From Geosiphon pyriformis uo1 (taxonomy: Eukaryota; Fungi; Glomeromycota), in assembly GCA_016748015.1 (NCBI GenBank), contig JAAOMT010000384.1, forward strand, positions 124,001-188,000: DNA of 64,000 bases, given 5' to 3'. Under the pieces are notes generated by a model that worked only from the letters and a program-made list of their open reading frames with translations, was not told where the DNA came from and searched no databases. Positions within the stretch are counted from its first letter, which is position 1. Each line of letters begins with the position of its first letter. Below are positions 13,253-24,389 of this stretch, one piece after another. The position numbers were made by a program, and so were the translations under genes.

Positions 13253-13665
13253 TGTTATCCAAGTAAAAAAATCAATCCAAAGTTATAAAAAAAATGTGAC
13301 TAAAAATGTAACAACATAAAATAACACAGGATAATATGAAAGAATACAGAATAACACATAATAACTCAAGATAACATAATACAAAACTTGATAATGTGTT
13401 ATAGCATAAAATAATTAGTTAAAACATAAAATAACTAATAATAATATAGAAAAACAAAATAATAACAAAAATAGCTAATAAGAACAAAAAAATTAAAAAA
13501 CAATCCTGTAGAACCAAAAAAAATATAAAATACAAAAAAAAAAAACTTCTTTCTCTCTTACCTCTAAAAATCCTCAAAAAGTGCATTTTTTATAAAAAGA
13601 AGTTTTTTTGTTTTTTAGTTTATATTAACATTTCTTTACCTAGTAATAACCCATTTTTTGTGAAT

Positions 13666-15535
13666 ATGAAGATTACTGCAAATAGCTCCACATTTAAAAA
13701 GAAGGCACTTAAAGGTGCTTTTTATGATTCTGCTGATGGTTTATTTTCTTAGAAGAAGAAAGTTGTCATTGGTAATGTCAAACACTTTGGTGATAAAAAA
13801 GATATATTTCTAAGTAAATCTGGGCTTGGTGACAGTATATATTCTGATGTCGATAGTCTATCTGGTGATGATGAAAACATTGGCATGTCTGGTGTAAATG
13901 ATGGGTCTCTTTTGGGCTTGGCTGCTACTACATTTAAGACAAAGTAAGTCAACACTGGTGCTGGTTTTGGTTCTCTGTTCAGTTCTCCCAATTTTTATAT
14001 AGATGATGATGAAGTTGTACTTCCTTCTCGCTTGTTTATCTCTCTTGAAAAAAAGTGGATTGACCCAAAAGTCATCAAAACTCTTGTGGAAGTGTCTGTC
14101 AAAAAGTTGTTTACTTTGAATATTAATTTTTCAGCTGTAGAAGAGAAATCAGCTATGGCAAAAACTCAGTTAATCAGAAAATTTTTTTCTTTAGTCAATG
14201 GTTTTGGAGGGGCCACTATCCCCTCAAAATTTGAAGGGATCATCTGATCAACGTTTACTTTAGAGAAAAGCATAAAAATGGCCACATTATTGGCCAAAGA
14301 AAAAAGGATCGACATAAACAGCAATCTTAAGAGACAAGGAATGAGGTCAGATCAGGCTGTAGTGATTAAAAAAATTCCCATAGACACACCTAAAGATATA
14401 ATTGTCACTGCAGTATCTGAATTTGGGGAAATTAAGTTGATCAAAATTCAACTGATTGGAATGTGGCAAAAAGCTATAATGGAGTTTGTTGAATTAGACC
14501 AGGCTAATTTGTTAGCCTCTAAGTGATCATTCTTGATTGGTAAGAATTCTGTATGCATAGTCAAAGCAGTGGGGAATTGTGAAACTTGGGCATCAAGAGA
14601 TCAGTTCAGAGTGCTTTTGTTTACTTTGCTGGTGAGAACAATAGCACATGATCTTGGAACTCTTCTGAAAAGGGCTGGTAAGAAAACTTGCATCATAAAC
14701 AAATCTATAGAAACTGGTAATAAAATTTACTGTACTGTAGTTGGTTTTGAATCTGATGATGATCTGGAATCTGTCTTTCACATGGAGCCAATTCTTGGTG
14801 GTATTAAACTTTCTTGAACAAGAATAGATCTGGTTCAGTGTGAAAAATGTGAAAAGTTTGGTCATTCTGTTCTGGAATGTAATGCACCTGTTGTGTCCCC
14901 CTTTAAACCTTCAAGAACATTTAAAAGGGTTGTGTCTGATGAACATCATCTTCAGTTGGCTAAGTTGTATGAGAAAAAAAGTGTTCTAATATCCTGTCCT
15001 GCTGCCTTTAATGGTAAATCTTGGGCCCAAGTGGTCTCACTTGCTGGTTTTTCTGATGGTCTTCACTTTGCCTCTGGTTCTGGTTCCTTTTTTTCTGGCA
15101 CTTCAGGTTTGAATAATAGTCTTCCTCCTGTTTTGGTTGACAATTCATCTTTGGATGCTTGTTTGGCCTCTTTGGAGTGATCTTTAGAGCTGCTAACTGA
15201 CCAAGTTTCTGGTATTGTGCACAAACTTAGCAACATGAAATTGGTGCCACAAGCTTCAGCTCCTCCTCTAAAGTCTCAGCTACTTTAATTGCCACCAAAA
15301 GGATTTGGTTTTGGATGTGGTCATGGATAATTCTGAGTTGGTACTTTCATTTCTTTCTTCCACTTCTCCTAGTGTCTTAACATTGGGTCTGAGTAGTTCA
15401 AAAGTTTTGACAACCAAGATTGGCAGTTTGGAATCTAAGTTGGTGGCTCTTGAGGCTTTTGTTAGTTCAGTTTTGGCAAAGTTAGATCATTTAGATGCTG
15501 GTTTGGGTCCCTTGTTATCCTTTTTATCTCAATGA
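13666..15535 (+). pseudogene. LINE ORF1 (RRM-like domains, CCHC zinc knuckle, C-terminal coiled coil)
   Basis: AVVIKKIPIDTPKD..FGEIK..WQKAIMEF; CEKCEKFGHSVLEC; LESKLVALE. Confidence 0.85.
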
Positions 15536-18500
15536 GTGGTTTGATCTAAAAGATAGCTACATGTAATGTTTGGGGCATCAATGTTCCTGCCAAGCAGAAA
15601 GATGTTATTTGTTAGCATAAGAATATGGGCAACTTGATTTCGATTTTTACTGAGACTAAATTGAAGGATAAAGTCCATTCATAGATTGCTGGCAAATTTG
15701 AAGGTGTCCGTGTATTCACTTCTGGTTTAGATTCTAGGTATTTGAGTGCTAGTGTTGTGGTTGTTATAGACTCTTCTTTAGCAAAACATGTGTGCAAGAT
15801 TTCTGAGGTGCTCAGTTGGCTTCTATCCATTAGATTGCTTTTCAAAAATAAACTTTTAGTGTCTGTTTTAGAGCTGTATACTGGTGCTTTGTCTGCAGTT
15901 TGGTTTTCACAGGCTGGAGAAATCAACTCTTTCATTGCAAAAGCTGCTAATGGATCTTCTTTCATCGTCCTTGGTGGTAACTTTAATGAAAACAGTTTAA
16001 AAAAAAGTGCTAGTTTTAAAAAATGTGTTAGTTTGGGGCTGGTCAATTTTTTGGTGAGTAGTTTGGTCATGAAGAGTCCCACATAAAGGAATTCAAGAAG
16101 TGTGGAAAAAACAATTGATTTTGTATTGGTTTCATCAAATTTGGTTAGTGCAATAATTGATCACAATGTTATGGACATTAGTGATTATTTTGACACCAAT
16201 CATCAAGCTGTTTCTGTATCTGTGAGTCTAAATGGTTTGCTAGACACTTAGTTGAACTCTCTTTGCAGGCAAGCAAACAAAAATTGCTGGAAGTTTAATT
16301 TTAAAGGTGCTGATAATACAAAGTGGAATGAATTTAAAGAAGCTATGGCAGCCAATACTGCCATGTTCTCTGATGGTTTTATTACTTCTACACAATTCTT
16401 GGACTTGGATGTGATGTGAAACATAATTCATAAAATTATAACACTGTCAGTTAATAAAATATTCAGGAAAAAATGGTTTAAGGGTTACAATAGTGTTTTT
16501 ACCAAGGAATCTTCTAAGTTTCATAAGCTAAAGCTTTTGGTCTCAAAGATTGCTAAGGCCTCTCATGAGGAAGATGTTGATAGATTTGCTCTTCTTATAG
16601 AACACTGAGATTCTTTGAACAATGTTAAGGCTTCAATTGTGCAGGAAATTGTGAACTCTGGTGTGGGTTTTGATTGTGTGCACTCAGCTTTTTTCAGTGT
16701 GCAAAAGACATATTGTGCCTCCAAGCTTACTAAGTCTTTACAAGCTGAGAAGTTGAGAATAAGATTAGCTGTTGATAGTCAAATGGAAAATTTTGCAATT
16801 AACAAAAGTAGCACAATCAAGAGCGTGCTGAAGCACCCTTTTCAGAAGGTGGTTTTGGACCATCTGGTGGTTGAAAATGAACTGATTCTGGAACCAGACT
16901 TAGTTAAAGCCAAGGTTGACATGATTATGGAAGGCTGGACCAAAAAGCATAATGTGATGAAAAATTTTTCTGATGATTGGTCACATCAATATCAGCCTTT
17001 GGAGTACATTTTTGATGATGTTTTTTCAAATGTAATGTGTTCAGTTGATTTTAATGAGCTACTTGGAATGGTTTTTAATCTGCCTGATAACAAAGCTGCT
17101 GGTTTTTCTGGAATGTCAAATGAGCTTTGGAAGCATTGTAACAAATTGGTCTTGGATATGCTTTTGGTGCTTTTAAACTTCTGTTTGTCTCATGAGTTAG
17201 TGCTTGGTGCTTGAAAAGAAGCTTGGGTTTTGATGATTCTTAAGTCATATGAGTAGGAGGGAGTTTTTACAAACACCCAATCTATTGCTTTGATTGAGAC
17301 TGCTCACAAAATTCTTGCCAAGATTCTTTCGGACAGAATTTTTTCAGCATGCAACTCTTTTAATGTTTTATGTGGGAACAATTTCTCGGTTTTTAAGGGT
17401 ATGATAATGTAATCTCCCATTTTCGCCATTGGTTTGTTATTAAGAATGCTTTGGAAAAGAACCGTGAACTCTGGTTGGTCTTGCAGGACATGTAAAAGAC
17501 CTACAACTCTGTCAGGTGAGAGCATTTTAGAAACAGTTTGGTCAAAATAAAGATATATGACAAGTTTATTAAATTTTTTGGTGGCATTTACAATGGTTGT
17601 GTTAATAAAGTGATAACAGATTTTGGTTTAACAGATGAATATCAAGTACACGATGATTTAGATCAAGGAGAAGTGTTCTCACTGCTTTTTTGACATATAT
17701 TTTATGATCTTCTTTTGTGTAAAGTCAAAAGACAGGAAAGCATATATGGATATAAAATGAACTTTTATTTTGTTACCAAAATTGGTTGTTTAGAATCTCA
17801 GGCTGGATTGACATTTTTTCTTGTTGCTGGTGCTTTTGTTAATGACACAATCTGAATTGGTAGTAGCCAAACTATGATCCAACACATTTTTGATATAGCT
17901 AGTAAATTTTTTTGAATCAATAACATTTTTATTAACAATAACAAGACAGTAGCAATTTTTATTAATTGCAAAGTTGCATGTCCTAATTTGTCTATCAGTA
18001 GTTCACCTATTTCTATTGTCAAGAAAAAAGAGCCTTATTACTACCTGGGAATTTTTTTGTCGACTGAGAATTTGTCGAGGCTTAGTTTGGCTAAAGCAAA
18101 TGCTGATGTCAGATTTTTTGCCAATCTGGTTTTAAGGAAGACCATTTCTGATAAGCAGTTTTCATATCTTGTGTCAGCAGTTCTCCACTCCATTGTCAGC
18201 TACAAGATGCAGTTCAGTTTTGTTCCTTTCAGTATATGTAATAAGTAGGATTTTTTAATTTACAGAGGCTTAAAGCTGAAGTCTGGTCTATCTCTCAATT
18301 TTTCCAATAACGTGTTTTGTTATTCCTTATTGTATGGCTTAAAAACTTTTAAGTAAGTCCAAGCTAAAAACAAAGTTGCTTCCATTGTGTGCTTTGCAAA
18401 CTCTGTTGGGATTTTGGGTCATTTGTTTTTACACAGGTCTCATAACTTGCAGGTTCTGTCTTGGAGTCCACTCCACTCTTTGACATCCCCAGTTTATATT

Positions 18501-20215
18501 AAAGTCAATACTTCTAATAATTTTTTGGCAGATGTGGTTTGTATTTTTCTTGGGTGCAATCTCTAGGTGGTCAAGTGAACAATTCTTTTTGTTTTCATGG
18601 TGGTATTTCTATGTCATCTGTTCTTGGCAGGTCTGATTACTTTGGATTTTTTTCATCCCTTCAGAGATATGGTATTGCTTTTGTTAAACAGCTTTATTGT
18701 AAGAATGGAGCTGTTTTTGATTGAAGAACATTCAAGCATTGGAAAAAACTGGACTCACATGGTCCTGTTTTTAAATGGTTTAGACTTTCTATTGACTTTT
18801 TTGATAGTGTAACTTCTTTCCCTGCCCATTTTTTGCCTGTAATTGGTACTAAGCATTTTAATATTTTGGAATCTAGTGAGTTTGGACTGATTTATAATTA
18901 ATTGTTAAAACTCAAGACTGACAGCCTTTTTATTTATATGGATGGATCTCTAAAGGAATTGGGGAGTGTTGACATGAGAGCTGGTGCTGCAGTTTTTTTT
19001 TGAAAATATAAGCTTGGGTTTGGGGGTCAGAGTTTCTGGTTTGATGTCTTCTACTTTGGCTAAATTGCAGACCATTGTGTTGGCTTTTGAGTGTATCTCT
19101 CCTAATAGCTTGGTTGGTATTTATTCGGACAGTTAGGCTGCCTTGGATGCTTGCAAATCAGAATTAGGTATAGTTTATCCAGATTTTAGGAATTGCTATT
19201 GGTTTGAGTGTCAACACATTTTGAACATTATTAGAAAAAAGGATTTGAGTGTTAGCTGACACAAAATACAGGGCTATTCAGGTGTTATGGGCAATGAACA
19301 TACTGATGCACTTGCTGATGCAGCATCTTTTTCTCCCTAGTGTTTTGTTCTGTGTGTGAAAGAATGTTATATTTTAGCTGATGGGAATGTTGTTTCTGGT
19401 AATTTTAGACATTTTGTTTGTGAAATCTTTCAGTTTATTTATTGTGCATGCTGGAAAATCAGTTTGGGTTCTAAGGTTTTGGATAGCAGTCTGCATTCAA
19501 ACATTGATTGGTTTAGCTTGTTATTGGTATGACATCTGGACTTGTACATAGCTGCTGGCTTCACTAGTAAATCCATGGCTGATGTTCGCACATATTTCAT
19601 GAAAGCTCTATACCATTGGCTGTCAGTCACTGTTTGGAAGCAATTGTATAACAGATGCTATTCTAGTATGCTGTGTTTGTATTGTGATAAGGTTGAGATT
19701 TCTGATCATGTTTTTTCTTGCATGGTAGATAATTCTACTTGTTGTTGCTTGTTGGATGCTCACACTACTGCTTGGGGTCTTCTTTCTGGTCTTTCCATCT
19801 CCTCTTCAAGTGTTTCTCAATTTTTATCTTCCTGTGCTTCTAATATCACGGTTTGCATGGCTCTTTACAAGGGCTTTGTTTTTAAGGATTAGCTTCAAGA
19901 AGCTGTGTTTGTCTTTGGAGATGCCAAAATAGCTGGTCAAAAGGTTATGGAATTTGTGTGTAACTTGTGTTTTGTCTTTAGGGACAAAGTTTGGTTAGTC
20001 TATGTTAAGCATTGTGCTTGCATGGAAAAGAGTGAAATAATACCTAGTGATGGTTCAGCTTTAGTTTCAGTTTCAGGGCTGCCTGCATTGCTTTCTGTGG
20101 GTGTTGTTAAGTTGTTGGATATTGCTGAGGCAATTGGTGTTGGTTTTGGTTTTCATAAGTTTTGTTTGTTTTCTCAGGTGTTGGAGGCTCAATCTCAATA
20201 CATATAGATGTTTAG
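15532..20215 (+). pseudogene. LINE ORF2 (APE endonuclease, RT, RNase H, Cys-rich C-terminus)
   Basis: ATCNV.GIN, TETK, LGGNFN, IDF..TNH; LDQGEVFS; AFVND (AFVDD) ~17832-17846; IYMDGS, YSDS, GNEHTD; CLYC..HVFSC. Confidence 0.9.
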
Positions 20216-21071
20216 TGTAGTCCTGATTGGCCCAAGTGGCTGGTTGTGTGTAGAAAATACATGATTCATGTCTAGTTTAGATTAGTCAATTGATGTATTA
20301 TATTAAATAGTGTTTGAATCTTGCTCATAAAATGTAATAAAAAAAAAATATATATATATATAAAAATGAATAGTTATAGAAGTTAGAAAAGCAGCCAGAC
20401 AAAAATCAATTTTTTTTCCATATAATTATTACATCATATAAAAATAAAAGACTTATTTGAAAAACACAAAATCATTAATATATGGTCATCAATCATCTCG
20501 TGTTTGAATTGAACTAATTTTTGTTTTATACTTTCATTTCAAGACAGATGCTTTTAGCATAAATGCCTCAAATTCTTAAACAATCTGAACCAATCACTCT
20601 TGATTACAATAATTGACAATACCAATTTATTTTCTTTTATTTTATTTTATTTTTTCTTTTATCTTCTCTTATAGAATGGTAACATAGGAAAATTAACTGT
20701 CTGAAAATAGACTTCATAATAATCTGGTAAAAAAGAAAGGCTCTTTCTAAGTTTAAATATTAATATTATCTTAGTAGCTTACCAGAAAAGTGAAAAGACA
20801 CTACCAAATCCTAATGACAATACTCATTAGTTCAGAGAAAATAGCTCATATTTACATACAAAAGTTGTAATATTGCTAAACATCTCTTTGTGCCTTATAA
20901 CCAAAGAACTTCATAGATAAATTTATATTAATCAAAGAGACCTTTAGAGACTGATAACATTAATATACCAAACAAGCTTACTGAAAAAAAACCATCTAAA
21001 GCTTTCTAGAAATTCAAATTTGTAAACACCAAATATTACTACCATACCCCACCTACTTTATCCATAATATT

Positions 21072-21088
21072 TGGTGTTCTCTGTAAGA
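21072..21088 (+). promoter_or_regulatory. PBS of element E (decayed, tRNA-Met type)
   Basis: tggtgttctctgtaaga differs from the family B PBS tggtgctccctgtgagg only by transitions. Confidence 0.7.
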
Positions 21089-21573
21089 TTATAAACATCT
21101 ACAGAGACAAAACACCTCAAAAATTCACAAAAGTGGTGACTCTCAAGACAGTAGAAAAAGATTACTCACTATACAAAAAAGCATTATTTCAATACTTTAG
21201 GCAAGATTTGGGAATACTACTTGAAATCATCATCACTAAAAAGCATTTTTGTCAATATTTACATGCAAAAATTAACTGTTTGTTAAGCTAAGCAATAGAC
21301 ACAAAAAGAATTGAAGAACAAATACACCAAAAATTATTGACATATTCAACAAAAACTATTACTTGAACTATAATTGAGATCCTTTATATAATTAATAAAG
21401 AAATTAAGAAATACACAGCACAATAGTATCCTTAAGTAAAAAGAAAACAAATAGTAAAGTCTGACTTCACAGAATTCAAGTTCAAATTTGATAATACAAC
21501 AACTACACAAAAACAAGTCTGATTCATAGTCAGCAAGAAATCAAGATTCTTCTTACCAATTACTCTATTATAT

Positions 21574-22348
21574 TGTTACAGATTGGAGTAACAAGCTAAC
21601 GGATAGCAAGGGAGAACAGTATTGTATGGTGATGGAAATAAACAAAGAGGAAATTACAATAAGGGAGCAAATTGAATAAGTAGGAATTCAATATACGTGA
21701 TCAGTCTCATAAAAATCACAGTTGCTAATCTTTTCTAAAATCTGAAGGTAGAGGAATAGTCCATGATTGTCAACAAGATAACACCGCTGCTATTATTCTA
21801 TGCCTCAACTCAGCAATTCTTAGAATCAATAACAGATATTGTTGTGCTTTTCAATCGTTTCTTTATTCAATGAATTACAAGAGCAAGCCAATTGCTTCTC
21901 AGGCTAATTCTAACAAATACAAATCAAAAAGAGAAAAAGATAAGGTATGTGAATGCCAACAAGTAGATACTTGAAGGTAAGAAAAGGGAAATAAGCGATT
22001 ATGAGAGGAAGTAATTGATATTGTTTTTTTTTGTTACTTTGATCATGTCTTTCTACAGCTAAGGGAATCATCGCTTATATAGCTATCTAAAGTGGTTAAC
22101 GATCAGGTTAATAATCAGGTCAATGATCAGGTCAACAATCAGGTCATTGATCAAGTCAATGATCAGGTCAATGATCAGGTCAACAGTCAGGTCATTGATC
22201 AGGTCAATGATCAGATCAATGATCAGGTCAACAGTCAGGTCATTGATCAGGTCAATGATCACTATCTAAAAATAGGGTGGCTAATTATATGACATCAGTG
22301 GCTAATACATGTGATAATTAATAAAAACTATGTGTTTCAACCGTAATA
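21574..22348 (-). repeat. B1 3' LTR (775 bp)
   Basis: Near-identical to 28682-29408; PPT complement tcatcctctcc at 22349-22359. Confidence 0.93.
22094..22261. repeat. 12-bp tandem repeat (GGTCAATGATCA) x14 in U3
   Basis: Directly visible; also at ~29202-29321, ~33562-33645, ~40557-40640, ~43452-43572 and ~50493-50566. Confidence 0.95.
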
Positions 22349-22974
22349 TCATCCTCTCCAAAGAGATTGAGCTCTGGCAAAATCAAACTATTTATGGGAT
22401 AGTCTATGTGAAGGGTTTTGTCTAACTCAAAACTAACTAGTTTGTTGAAGTTTTTTGTGGATAGAGTATATAGTACTTGAGGCAAAATAAGCTTTGTATC
22501 CAAGAAACCAAATTTTTGTATAAGAGTTTTGGCTCTTTTTGCAATGGTCAAAACTCTTGGGACATCTAAACATATAATGCCCAAAATTTCCACTTGTATC
22601 TCTGAAGTTGTTTTCTTCATGAGCTTCATGTCTTCTATGATTTCACCAAGATGACCATAGAGTTCTAGTTGTTTTCCATATGACAAGTTTTTGTTTATGG
22701 ACAAGATTTCTTGTATTGTTTTTCCAATTGTGCTGGAAGATAAAAGTATCACTGCTGTTATGCTTTTTAGCAGGTATTTATCCAATTTGCCACCAATTCT
22801 TTCTCTTCTGGTAGTTGTTTTCTTTGGTCTAATAACAGTGTGAGTTCCACTGTTGTCTGTTATAGTGGTTTGTTTTCTGATAGTCAGAGTAGCATTTGGA
22901 TAATTCTTGATCCAGTACTCATGGAAAGTATAGAAAGCGTTTTGAATGTTTTGATCCAGGAAATAATTGTTCAT
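22318..22974 (-). CDS. Family B ORF4, 218 aa, uninterrupted, unknown function
   Basis: Starts MNNYFLDQNIQ; same 657-nt length as the B3 copy; reads through the PPT and stops ~30 nt inside the LTR. Confidence 0.75.
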   Translation of the reverse strand: MNNYFLDQNIQNAFYTFHEYWIKNYPNATLTIRKQTTITDNSGTHTVIRPKKTTTRRERIGGKLDKYLLKSITAVILLSSSTIGKTIQEILSINKNLSYGKQLELYGHLGEIIEDMKLMKKTTSEIQVEILGIICLDVPRVLTIAKRAKTLIQKFGFLDTKLILPQVLYTLSTKNFNKLVSFELDKTLHIDYPINSLILPELNLFGEDDITVETHSFY

Positions 22975-23015
22975 GTCGATTGAAGATATCTCTGTTTTGG
23001 GAATAGTGCATTTAT

Positions 23016-24329
23016 TTATATCTGATTTTTGCTGATTATTTGGGTCAGTATTACCACAACAGGTAACCAATCAGGTTGTTTGTAATATTTCTTGAGTCGC
23101 GTGCCATGAACAGGACAATCACTGAATATTGTTTCATATTGATCTTGTAGGATATATGAACCATTGTTTAAAACTTTGTTAACTATAAAGGATCCTTTTC
23201 AGCAGCTGGAGAATTTATCATCATAGACATTGTCTCTGTCTAAACGGTATTCCAAAACTAAGTTACCAGCACTTAAGGAAAGTGTTTTATAGGTCTTTTT
23301 CTTTTTGAGCTTCTCTTGGAACTATTTTATCTTTTCAAAGGCAATTATCTGTGCTTCTACCAATGAATCAAGAATGGTACCAAGTCTTCTTTGCAAAATG
23401 TCCTTGTAATCTTCTATTGTTATTTTTTCAAAAAGTATTGTTTCTATATCTGTTTCTATTGGTAGAGTTGCCATTTGTCCATAGAGCAGATAAAAGGGTT
23501 TATAACTTGTTATGTCATGATTTACAGTTCTGTAGGCAAACAAAGCTGAAAGCAATACTTTGTCCCATAGGTTGGTTTCTTCACTGGTTTTGGCTAGGGT
23601 TTCACATAGTGTTCTATTGAAACGTTTTACTAGGTCATTTGTTTGGGGATGATAAGGAGAAGAGAGTTTATGACATATTCCCATTTTTCTGCAAAGTTTT
23701 TCAACCAGTGTACTGAGAAAAGCTCTTTCTCTGTCAGATAAAAGTTCTTTGGGACAGCCATAGCAACAAATGATATCTTCATAAATGAAATTGGCAATTG
23801 AGACTGCTGTTTGATCTGGGGTGGCTCTTGCTTCTACCCACTTTGTAAGATAGTCAGTAGCTGTGATAATGTATCTGTTGCTATCAGAAGTTACTGTTAA
23901 AGGTTCAACAACATCTATACCAATTCTGTCAAATAGTTAACCAACAGAGATTGGATGGATATTTTCCTTATGATTGGGTTTTTTTCTTCTTTGGCAGGTA
24001 TCACAGGTTTTGATGTATTCAGCAATGTCTTTTCCCAAGGTAGGCCAATAATAGCAAGCTAAAGTTTTCTGAATTGTTTTTGTTTTTCCAAAGTGTCCAG
24101 CTAATGGATCAGTGTGCATATTGTAGATCACAATTTCTCTTTCTTCAAATCTAATGACTCTCTGGGGGTGGTCAGGATCTTTTTTATTTTTTTTATATAA
24201 CTGGTTCTGGCAAATCAAATAGAAATTTGATTGTTTGTGCAAATGTTCTCTTTGCTGTTAAGTATAGTTTAGCAGGTATTGTCCTTTACCCAAAAATTCC
24301 ATTAAGGCAGAGTAGTTGTCCAAGTCTAT
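23016..24329 (-). pseudogene. B1 integrase (separate ORF; start codon decayed ATG>ATA)
   Basis: MHTDPLAGHFG..CDTC; SPYHPQTN; WKGPF-like module. Confidence 0.9.
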
Positions 24330-24389
24330 TATCGTGTTTGTTTGTAGGGGAGTTACAAATAATTAAGTTGGTTTGGTTTGAGAGGGTTT

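Larger units (their letters stand above)
13540..20348 (+). mobile_element. Full-length decayed LINE with RNase H (L1/Tad1-like; clade not resolved)
   Basis: ORF1, ORF2, short 3' UTR and A-tail. Confidence 0.92.

Noticed and set aside
13510-20370. TSD for the full-length LINE
   Set aside because: Both flanks are A/AT low-complexity, so no unambiguous duplication can be called
20678-20689. tggtaacatagg as an initiator-Met PBS for element E
   Set aside because: No LTR terminus precedes it; a better LTR end plus PBS lies at 21069-21088
22092-22292. (DQVN)n ORF or CRISPR-like array
   Set aside because: Contiguous 12-bp units without spacers inside an LTR; the ORF is a by-product and is broken in other copies; no cas genes
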